This document shows positions 1 through 7,588 of a stretch of 52,778 nt of DNA, piece after piece. The DNA lies in the IMG/VR virus record IMGVR_UViG_3300021375_001117, positions 1 through 52,778 of that record. One strand, given 5' to 3'. The notes beneath the pieces are model-generated. The model was not told the DNA's origin and did no database searches. It was given only the letters and a program-made list of their open reading frames with translations. A program made the position numbers and the translations under genes. The stretch is from a virus (lineage: Duplodnaviria > Caudoviricetes). How positions within the stretch are numbered: the first letter of the stretch is position 1; every line of letters starts with the position of its first letter.

Positions 1-1981
1 CGCCTGCCGCCCTCTTGCTTGGTGGCATACTGCTAGGAGTTATATATCCTTTGATTGTTTCTTCTTCTATCTCTACCTTAGAACCAGTACCCTTCTCGTA
101 ATCTTTTATCTCTTGTTTCCATTCTTTGTCAGCATTTGGTTGACTAAGTTTTTCATAGTTTTGCAAGTATTCAACACAACTATTTAAAAGTTTTATTACA
201 TCAAAGTAATCTTTTTTACCCACAATACTTTTGGCGGCGTCTATTACTTCGTGATTCACTACTTCTAAGTCTTTTAATTTCTTAGGATCTATTTCCTGTG
301 ACTTACGCAATAGTCTAAATACTGCTTTTACATATTCTTCTTTAAAGGCATCTTCATCGTACCCTGCTTTCATTATTGTAGCATATCTGATTGTTGCCTT
401 AAACACTTTATCAAACATCTCGTTGTAATCACTACCACCGGCAATTCTAAACTCTATCAGGTTGTTACCTGAATCTGTATCACTTTCACCTTTAAAATGT
501 ATTGAATTCATTTTACCACCGTCTATGCCTTTTGATAACATTTTCTCAAAATCTTTAAATGCCTTAGCATCTCCTCTCTTCATTCTCTCAGCATAATTTA
601 ATACACTTTGATATTGGCTTTTTGAGTAACTATTTCTAAGTCTACCAAACTCTGCTAATAAGTATTCATCACCTAACAGCAATGCCATTTTTAATTTGTT
701 TGGTTCTTGTGCCTGATTGTTTTCTGTTTCACCCTGCCAACTCATTGTGATATGCAGTCCTGTTGAACGGTTTGTGCCAAAGTTTTTTGCACTCCAGTCA
801 AATAGACTTTTCATTTCTTTGAGCATTGCTCTGGGACTGTCAAATACAGGTGATATCAATTCTGCACCAGTACCTTCATCTGCGTCAATACTGCTATCGT
901 TTTCAACCGACCAACCTGTAGTAGTATTAGTATCTCCGTAATCTCCTGACTCCGGATAGTCTGGGAATTCACTGTTATCTTTAATCCATACCATTAATTC
1001 ATCTGCAACATCTTCAATAGAGCCGCCGGCACTTCCATATTCATAACCATAATCATCGAGGAAACTGCTCATATAACTGTAGTTGTCATATATCCAATCG
1101 CTCATACTGTGGTCATCTCTTGCGGCATCTCTGGCGTCATCATCGAAGTCGTATTCATCTCTAACTGCACGGTCAAGCCATTCTAAATATTCGTCTTCGT
1201 ATTCTTCTTCTACATATTCTCTAACCCAGTTCATATAGTCCCAACCATCTTCCTCACGGTTTTCGTATTCTTTGGGATCGTTTTCTTCGAATTCTTCTTT
1301 GTATCGTTCTATTGCTTCTGAACTTGGGCCATCGCCACTATCTATAAAGTCGTTTAACCATTCTTCATCTTCTTTGACTTCTTGGACTTTATCACTCACT
1401 AAGTCGTCCAAGTATTCGTCTTGCCCTTTGCTGTACAACCAATCTTCAAAGTCTTCGTATGCTTGGTCTGGTAAATCACCATATTCGTATTCTATATCAT
1501 CTATGGACATTTCTTCTATGTCATTGCCTCCATCAGATACATTAAAGAAAAATGTTTCTGCTTCAAATCCACACTTGACTGGAGCATCTATGGCTTCTTT
1601 GCCTATTTCTTTTCTATTAAAATTAATTTCGAAAAGTTCTGCAGGCTGTTCTTTTAAATGTTTCTTAGCAAGTTTATTTGTGAGTTTTCGATATTTGTTT
1701 TTGATTGATGTTGCTTTTTTAAGTTTATATTCTAATGCTATGTCTTCTACTGTTAAATCCTTTGACTTAACAATTTCCTTTCTTTTGTTCGTGTGTTGTA
1801 CAACAACATCTTTTTCTCCTGCTGTAGAAATTACATCAACTTGGCTACCTTTCTTGTCTATTGCTTTTACAGGTTCTTTTGCATTGTCTAGTGCTTTGCT
1901 AAAGTCAGTAGGCTTATTTGTACCTGATTTTAAATCATTGTATGATGTTCCGTAACCTTCTATAACTTTTTTAAATCTCAT
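1..1981 (-). CDS. Putative amidoligase (COOH-NH2 ligase type 2 / Amidoligase_2-like) with a long Asp/Glu-rich insertion; runs off the left edge (over 660 aa)
   Basis: Missing from the ORF track because there is no stop in the window. Manual translation from ATG 1981 (overlapping the upstream TGA) gives MRFKKVIEG...CGFEAE...WSVENDSSI...GAELISPV...STGLHIT...IEFRIAGG in one frame, the typical amidoligase motif order. Confidence 0.75.
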   Translation of the reverse strand, partial: MRFKKVIEGYGTSYNDLKSGTNKPTDFSKALDNAKEPVKAIDKKGSQVDVISTAGEKDVVVQHTNKRKEIVKSKDLTVEDIALEYKLKKATSIKNKYRKLTNKLAKKHLKEQPAELFEINFNRKEIGKEAIDAPVKCGFEAETFFFNVSDGGNDIEEMSIDDIEYEYGDLPDQAYEDFEDWLYSKGQDEYLDDLVSDKVQEVKEDEEWLNDFIDSGDGPSSEAIERYKEEFEENDPKEYENREEDGWDYMNWVREYVEEEYEDEYLEWLDRAVRDEYDFDDDARDAARDDHSMSDWIYDNYSYMSSFLDDYGYEYGSAGGSIEDVADELMVWIKDNSEFPDYPESGDYGDTNTTTGWSVENDSSIDADEGTGAELISPVFDSPRAMLKEMKSLFDWSAKNFGTNRSTGLHITMSWQGETENNQAQEPNKLKMALLLGDEYLLAEFGRLRNSYSKSQYQSVLNYAERMKRGDAKAFKDFEKMLSKGIDGGKMNSIHFKGESDTDSGNNLIEFRIAGGSDYNEMFDKVFKATIRYATIMKAGYDEDAFKEEYVKAVFRLLRKSQEIDPKKLKDLEVVNHEVIDAAKSIVGKKDYFDVIKLLNSCVEYLQNYEKLSQPNADKEWKQEIKDYEKGTGSKVEIEEETIKGYITPSSMPPSKRAAG

Positions 1982-2256
1982 CGACGTCTAGCCTTATTCA
2001 TACTTTGTACTCTTCTACTTGCTGGATTAATACGTTTTGTTCTTTGTGCCCTTCTCATCATTCTAGGACCCATTCTTCTTCTAGTCTTGTTAAGTGTAAT
2101 TCTTTTTTTGATATCAGGTGGTGCACTACATTGGCTTGCTTTTGATACAAGCCTACCCTTGCGCCTTCCACTAGTGCAACGAACCTTTTTGACAACTGTG
2201 TTTCCTTTCCTTGCCCAAACAATTCTTGCTTCTTTTATTATATCTTCTACTATCAT
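1978..2256 (-). CDS. Small, very basic (Arg/Lys-rich) protein, probable head/core component
   Basis: Likely start is MIVEDIIKEA at 2256 (ATGA overlap with upstream stop). The C-terminal half is Arg-rich. Confidence 0.6.
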   Translation of the reverse strand: MIVEDIIKEARIVWARKGNTVVKKVRCTSGRRKGRLVSKASQCSAPPDIKKRITLNKTRRRMGPRMMRRAQRTKRINPASRRVQSMNKARRR

Positions 2257-2504
2257 ATTCCTCTTGTGAGTAATGCTACTACTATTGCAAGTAAGGTAGT
2301 AAATACTCCTCCCATAATACCTATAAGCCAATTCTCTACTTTATCGAATCGTTGCTTACTTTCTATTTTTAAGGATTTGACGTCTTGTATTAATTGGTCA
2401 ATCCTTAACATATCTGTCAAAATCTGTGTCGTTAACGGATCATTCTTTACTAACTCTGAGGTTACAGTAACTTCGTTATCCGGTTCATTATCTTTTGTTG
2501 ACAT
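2253..2504 (-). CDS. Small coiled-coil protein with a C-terminal transmembrane helix
   Basis: Heptad region followed by hydrophobic WLIGIMGGVFTTLLAIVVALL. Confidence 0.6.
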   Translation of the reverse strand: MSTKDNEPDNEVTVTSELVKNDPLTTQILTDMLRIDQLIQDVKSLKIESKQRFDKVENWLIGIMGGVFTTLLAIVVALLTRGI

Positions 2505-2901
2505 TTTGCACCTTTAAAATTTCTGTGTTTACGCCCTTACCCTGAGTTTTTATAACTCCTCCTGCGAGTACTGTTTTATCAAAAATTTCTGACAGCATCT
2601 CTTCGGAGTATAATCCTGTTAGGTCATACGCAAACTTTAATACCCATCCTGAACACTTAAACTTTTTAGATCCAAAGAAATCTAATTTGTTATCTTTAGC
2701 ATTGATTGGCATTCCTATCATTACAGGTTGCCCTCTTAATCCTAACATCTGTATAATGCTTTCTAAATCTTTTCTAGACTTAGAACGAAAATTCTCAGAT
2801 GGTCTAAGATTAAGTTTTGTATACAATGTAAAGAATTCTAAATTAGTATCTGGGTTTTCCAAATCATAATCAGTTAGTGTTGTATTCAAAACTGTATTCA
2901 T
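2488..2901 (-). CDS. Hypothetical late protein
   Basis: 137-aa ORF directly preceded by GATAAATA-N5-ATG. Confidence 0.65.
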   Translation of the reverse strand: MNTVLNTTLTDYDLENPDTNLEFFTLYTKLNLRPSENFRSKSRKDLESIIQMLGLRGQPVMIGMPINAKDNKLDFFGSKKFKCSGWVLKFAYDLTGLYSEEMLSEIFDKTVLAGGVIKTQGKGVNTEILKVQNVNKR

Positions 2902-2906
2902 AACAG

Positions 2907-2914
2907 TATTTATC
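2907..2914 (-). promoter_or_regulatory. T4-type late promoter (GATAAATA), 5 nt before ATG
   Basis: Minus strand GATAAATA CTGTT ATG; the same motif recurs before many genes in the window. Confidence 0.7.
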
Positions 2915-2938
2915 TATTTGCGTTTCGATGTTGCAGTC

Positions 2939-2964
2939 AAAAGAAAACCGGGACTGGCCCGGTT
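2939..2964 (-). terminator. Rho-independent terminator
   Basis: AACCGGG/CCCGGTT stem followed by a T-rich tract on the minus strand. Confidence 0.75.
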
Positions 2965-2983
2965 CTCTAAATCTATAACTAGA

Positions 2984-3328
2984 TTAAGTTTGTAATACAA
3001 ACCCTGTTTCTGTTACTGCTGATGCCTCACAATTTGCTGTATCGGCTCCGACAGATCCGCCTAAGGCTCTAATATTCGCCTGTAAGTTTGTTGCTGTCCA
3101 GTCGCTGTTTGCTATTGCTACTGAGAAGTTTGAAGCATTTGCGTGATGATTAAATATCACTGCTGTTCCTCTTTGCTCAATAACTTGTCTAACTTCTTCT
3201 AAAGAGTTAGCATTAGCACCGTTATAACCTGCAACTAATGTATCGGCGTTTTCAACTAAAAAGAATGATAAAACACCGTCTAGACTTTGAAAGTCAGTAG
3301 TGCTACCACCTGCTCTTACTTGTGCCAT
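2984..3328 (-). CDS. Small Ala/Gly-rich probable virion protein (paralog-like to 3438-3806)
   Basis: Start MAQVRAGG at 3328 with AGGAG SD; own late promoter (3372-3379) and terminator. Confidence 0.65.
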   Translation of the reverse strand: MAQVRAGGSTTDFQSLDGVLSFFLVENADTLVAGYNGANANSLEEVRQVIEQRGTAVIFNHHANASNFSVAIANSDWTATNLQANIRALGGSVGADTANCEASAVTETGFVLQT

Positions 3329-3388
3329 TTTATTTCTCCTAATCAATGAGCATTCTACTGCTCTATATACTTATTTATCTTTAGTCAT

Positions 3389-3412
3389 AAAAAAAAGGAG
3401 ACCGAAGCCTCC
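3389..3412 (-). terminator. Rho-independent terminator with cUUCGg tetraloop
   Basis: Minus strand GGAGGC-TTCG-GTCTCC-TTTTTTTT. Confidence 0.85.
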
Positions 3413-3437
3413 CTTTAAATTTTATAAAAACTAGTTC

Positions 3438-3806
3438 TTATAGGTCGAAAGCCGCTACTGTTACTGCTGACATTGTGATGCCATCTGTATCAGTAAGTGC
3501 TTGTACAACGTCTTCTAAGTGAGCCGCTAGGGTTTCACTGTTAGATCCGTCATAAGTATCAGTACCGTGTGTACCTTCAAAAAGAACTTTCATTCCTTGT
3601 CCAGTTCCACCTGTATTATCTACCGCGCCTATAGCCACTGGTGTTAGACCTTCATTCATAATTGCTTTAATTATAACGTCAACCCCACCGTCAGCGGCAA
3701 GTTTTGCTGTAGCATCAACACCGAAGTCTAACTGAATACCTGCTAAAGGTAAACCGTTGTAATGACCTGGCTTAACTACACTACCTGTTGCTTTTGATTG
3801 TGCCAT
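3438..3806 (-). CDS. Small Ala/Gly-rich probable virion protein
   Basis: MAQSKATG start, GGAG SD, TATAAATA late promoter at 3837-3844. Confidence 0.65.
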   Translation of the reverse strand: MAQSKATGSVVKPGHYNGLPLAGIQLDFGVDATAKLAADGGVDVIIKAIMNEGLTPVAIGAVDNTGGTGQGMKVLFEGTHGTDTYDGSNSETLAAHLEDVVQALTDTDGITMSAVTVAAFDL

Positions 3807-3881
3807 TTTATTTCTCCAATAAATGTTTGTTACAAGTATTTATACTTTCTAAGGATTTTTTCGGGGGTTATTTGTAAGATT

Positions 3882-4532
3882 TTATCTTTGGTATTGAGGT
3901 CTATTCTTTAACGAGTTTTTGCTATAGTCTTTAATACCTCTAGAAATTGCTCCTACTCCTGGTATCTTTCCTGCATCTCTCATTACTGCATTTGCTAAAT
4001 CTTTACCAGCCGCCGCACCACCGGCAACTGATCCAGTGGACATAGCAGAGCCTATGCCTTGTATTGCTTTACCAGTATCGGTATCTCCTATAACATCGCC
4101 TATTGTTCTATCTCTATAGTAACGTGGATCTCTTAATGTTCTACCATCAGAACCACGCCTAAACCCACCATCAGATGTGTTGCCTTGACCTGTGATGTTT
4201 TGCATTCTTCTATCTGTTTCAGCCTGAGCCTTTTTGGTAATATCTTTAAGGTCTTGTTTTAACTCGCTCCAAGTTGAATCTTGGTTAAGTTGAGTAACAA
4301 TATCTGTTCCTCTCATACTTTTTGTGTCTAAATCAATACCTTTTGATCTTAATATCATACCTGTTCTTTCTTGGGCAAGACCTACCACTGTGGGTTCATC
4401 CGCAGTTGGATCCTGCGTTCTTACTATTTGATATTGTTGAGTAAACAGTCTTTGATATTCAGGGTATTGGTTGAATAACTGAAAAATATCCCTTATTGCT
4501 TCTGCTTCTTTTAAAATCTGCTCTATTAACAT
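3882..4532 (-). CDS. Hypothetical late protein, probable internal head protein
   Basis: N-terminus MLIEQILKEA; GATAAATA-N5-ATG; Gly/Ala-rich C-terminal segment. Confidence 0.6.
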   Translation of the reverse strand: MLIEQILKEAEAIRDIFQLFNQYPEYQRLFTQQYQIVRTQDPTADEPTVVGLAQERTGMILRSKGIDLDTKSMRGTDIVTQLNQDSTWSELKQDLKDITKKAQAETDRRMQNITGQGNTSDGGFRRGSDGRTLRDPRYYRDRTIGDVIGDTDTGKAIQGIGSAMSTGSVAGGAAAGKDLANAVMRDAGKIPGVGAISRGIKDYSKNSLKNRPQYQR

Positions 4533-4544
4533 AACTATATTTAT

Positions 4545-5681
4545 CTATTTTTTATTTCTTCCCAATGCCCAGTATGTACCTATTGCCGCTAAACTACCGG
4601 CAGTTTTAGGTTTAATTCTTCCTTTTGTTACTTTTGGTAGAACTTTTGCCGCGGCATACCCTGCCACACCTGCGGCGGCTAATTTTTTAAACGTGCTTCT
4701 TTTTTCTGGATTAGTAAGTTCTGTTTCATCAGCACCAGGTATAATAAACTTCTTCTGTTTGGCTAAAGTCATTAATGGCGTATATATCTCTCCGCCTAAT
4801 CCTCTTGCTCTAACGGCGTGTAATAATCTAGTTACCGCCAATTGCTTTTGTCTGTATTTTACTTTGTTAAAGTCTTGTACAATTCTGCGTACTGCTTTGT
4901 ATGAACTGTCTACTATCAATTGATTCTCTAATCTCACAAAGTAAGTTCTAGCAAAATCATCTAATCCCATAGCACCTCTAGATAGTTTTCTCATAAAGTC
5001 CATAAACATTCTATCATTAAAAAGTATTCTATCCTTCATATTTGAAGAATCTTTTATAGAGTTTTTTGAATGTTTTAAGGCGTGTACTAGCATATACAAG
5101 TCATTGTTATTACTTCTAGCCTGTCTAAAGTTGTTAAACTTTATAGTGTCTTTGGCATATTGCCTAGCAAAGTTCTTGTACGAATCTGTTTGACTCATCA
5201 TATATAATGTAATTGTGTACAAATAAATCAAGTCTTTAATATCTTTGAAGTCAAAACTTTTGAAGTTCCTTGTACGTCTATACAATCTACTTTCATTTAG
5301 TTCATCTATAAATTTATACTGGTTTGATTCTATAACAGAACTTTGTTGTGCCTGTACAGGAAAATATGCTGGTAAGTGTGTTTTACCCATTTCTCTTGCT
5401 TTTTCTAGCCTGTGATTGCCGTCTATAACACTTCTTTTATTTGGTGCAATCACAATAGGCTCAGATAAATCTGCTTGGTCAATATCATTAGTATCTATAA
5501 TTCTGTTGTAAGGATCTTCGCCACCTAATCCAGACAAAGGATATTCGTTGATTAACTTCCAATTATTATTTCGTATGTCATTAATCATCTCTGGAATGTG
5601 TATTCCATCATCCCAATCGTGAAGTTTATTCATCAATTCAAGCATTTCAGGGCCGGTCATTGTAAGTGGATAACTACTCAT
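4545..5681 (-). CDS. ParB/Srx-like N-terminal domain fused to an uncharacterised helical domain
   Basis: PIVI...VIDGNHRLEKA...LPAY ParB-like motif; GATAAATA-N5-ATG. Confidence 0.6.
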   Translation of the reverse strand: MSSYPLTMTGPEMLELMNKLHDWDDGIHIPEMINDIRNNNWKLINEYPLSGLGGEDPYNRIIDTNDIDQADLSEPIVIAPNKRSVIDGNHRLEKAREMGKTHLPAYFPVQAQQSSVIESNQYKFIDELNESRLYRRTRNFKSFDFKDIKDLIYLYTITLYMMSQTDSYKNFARQYAKDTIKFNNFRQARSNNNDLYMLVHALKHSKNSIKDSSNMKDRILFNDRMFMDFMRKLSRGAMGLDDFARTYFVRLENQLIVDSSYKAVRRIVQDFNKVKYRQKQLAVTRLLHAVRARGLGGEIYTPLMTLAKQKKFIIPGADETELTNPEKRSTFKKLAAAGVAGYAAAKVLPKVTKGRIKPKTAGSLAAIGTYWALGRNKK

Positions 5682-5692
5682 AACAGTATTTA

Positions 5693-6280
5693 TCAGATAT
5701 CAAATTTAATTTCTGGTACTAGTACTGTTTGCTCTGGACGATATGTGTTAAGATCCACATTGAATGCTATGGTTAATCTATCTTTATTAGTCGGTGGTAC
5801 CCAATGCCATAAATCAGATTCAAATAAAACCAAGTCTCCATCTCTAACTGCTGGAGCATACACATTGTTTTGAAATGCCTTGTTTGGTGTAACTGGGTTG
5901 CGTTCTGTTAAAAATACTGTATTGTCTTTGTAGCAGTTCCGTACATATATTATACCTGATAGCCAACTACCTGGATGATTGTGAGGTGTATTAAAACTGC
6001 CGTCATTAAAATCGTTTGACCAAATTGTATTGATACGATATGCTGGCTTTTCCGGTGTATAGAACTCACACACATTGTCTATGTAGGCATATAATTTCTT
6101 TTTAATGTTGTTGGGCCACTTGTTTGGTAAGTCTAAATTTGCTTGTTTACCGTTGTGCAAGGAGACTTTTCTTTCGGTGTTGTCTTGCGATGCCAAAGTT
6201 TCAAAAAAATCTAATTCTTCATTTAAAAATGCAGAATCTTGATGAAAATACCATTTAGGGAATACCGGAGTTGCTTTCAT
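5693..6280 (-). CDS. 2OG-Fe(II) oxygenase superfamily protein
   Basis: NTPHNHPGSWLSGIIYV ... GDLVLFESDLWHWV ... RLTIAFN motifs. Confidence 0.8.
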   Translation of the reverse strand: MKATPVFPKWYFHQDSAFLNEELDFFETLASQDNTERKVSLHNGKQANLDLPNKWPNNIKKKLYAYIDNVCEFYTPEKPAYRINTIWSNDFNDGSFNTPHNHPGSWLSGIIYVRNCYKDNTVFLTERNPVTPNKAFQNNVYAPAVRDGDLVLFESDLWHWVPPTNKDRLTIAFNVDLNTYRPEQTVLVPEIKFDI

Positions 6281-6298
6281 AATGTTATTTAAGTGTAA

Positions 6299-7588
6299 TT
6301 ACTTTTGGAAGTTGAGATTACTGAAGTCTAATCTATCTACCAGTTTGATTGCATTGCCTATTTTATCAACAGCAACAAACCCTTCTTCGCCTACTACTTC
6401 GAAACTGCCGTCTTCTGTTCTAGTAAAAGTATCCATTACTCTTAACCTAGTTAGTTTGTTTCTTAATAGTTCTTTTGCTTTGATAAGTTGTAAGTAAAGT
6501 TGATATGTGGTCATAATATCCTGAATATTATCTCTCAAAAATCTCACGCCTTCGACTTCTTTTTGAATCCATTTTTCTTTTGTAGCAGGATTTGAAACAC
6601 TATCCTCTGCGTCTTTCATTTTCTTTGTAAATCTTTGTACAAAAGTTTTAGCCATTTGTTGCGGATCCTGTGTGAACCCTGTTCCTGCTATAACACCTGC
6701 ATTGATGGCTGACATCATTTCTTGCTTCAATTTAAATCTACTGAATCCACCTTCGGACATTTCTAAGAAGTCAAACACTTTTTTATCTATGCTGTTAAAC
6801 AAGTTTTCTGATTGAGCAATAGTAAGTTCTAAGTCTTTTGATTCTTTTGCCGTTAAGTTTACCATACCACTAACATCTTTTATAGTGGCATCTCTAAACC
6901 ATACATTAGGTGTTTTTGTTAAACTGTCTGCATTAAAACCAAACTTGGCATCCATATCTTCTAATGTAGCACCTTTATATTCTGTGTGAAATACTATGCC
7001 TATTTTTGCACTCAGTATTTCATTTGCTAAATCACTTTGCTTGGGTACAGCATATATCAGTGTGTTTGGTTTAAAAATAATAAAGTCTTCACCTTTGATG
7101 TTTGCTTCTGATATATCTTTGTCAGTAAAAATTAAATCACCTTGTAACACACCTTGTATGTTTAAGTCTTGTAGATGTGTAAAAGCATATCTAAGTTTTT
7201 CTCTTAACCCTTCTTTGCTGATGTTTTCGCCTTTTTGCATTACATCTGCGTGATACTCTTCTATGTCTGATAGACTTTTATTAAGTTTAGGGTTTTTGTT
7301 AAACACACCTTTGGTACCAACAAAGAATTTACCGTCTGCTGGATCCGTGCCTACAAAGACTGCAGGACTACCATCCCATTTGGTTGTGATATTCATTCCT
7401 GATGCGGAACTTCCTTTGAGCATATTGTACAAAGAATTTAGATAGTTGATACTGTCTTTTGCTCCTTGGTATCCTTCTTTGTAAATTAAATCTTCTAAGT
7501 GAGTTAAATGTGTATTCTTGCCTTCTAGTAAAAGATGTTCGAATACAAGTGTTCTAACCACTTTCTTTTTTATTTCTGTGAGTTTCAT
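6299..7588 (-). CDS. ATP-dependent ligase / nucleotidyltransferase-like protein of T4-related phages (DUF6267-like)
   Basis: EGKNTHLTHLED N-terminal motif; KWDG (motif I), QGDL, EEGFV and KLVDR resemble ligase motifs III-V. Confidence 0.6.
   Translation of the reverse strand: MKLTEIKKKVVRTLVFEHLLLEGKNTHLTHLEDLIYKEGYQGAKDSINYLNSLYNMLKGSSASGMNITTKWDGSPAVFVGTDPADGKFFVGTKGVFNKNPKLNKSLSDIEEYHADVMQKGENISKEGLREKLRYAFTHLQDLNIQGVLQGDLIFTDKDISEANIKGEDFIIFKPNTLIYAVPKQSDLANEILSAKIGIVFHTEYKGATLEDMDAKFGFNADSLTKTPNVWFRDATIKDVSGMVNLTAKESKDLELTIAQSENLFNSIDKKVFDFLEMSEGGFSRFKLKQEMMSAINAGVIAGTGFTQDPQQMAKTFVQRFTKKMKDAEDSVSNPATKEKWIQKEVEGVRFLRDNIQDIMTTYQLYLQLIKAKELLRNKLTRLRVMDTFTRTEDGSFEVVGEEGFVAVDKIGNAIKLVDRLDFSNLNFQK

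Noticed and set aside
717-1955. Plus-strand ORFs 717-941 and 1272-1955 (Ser-rich)
   Set aside because: They are antisense shadows of the acidic minus-strand amidoligase; the Ser/Leu/Phe bias is what reverse-complemented Glu/Asp/Lys codons produce.
2253-2504. Holin assignment for the single-TM protein
   Set aside because: No adjacent endolysin or spanin; topology alone is insufficient.
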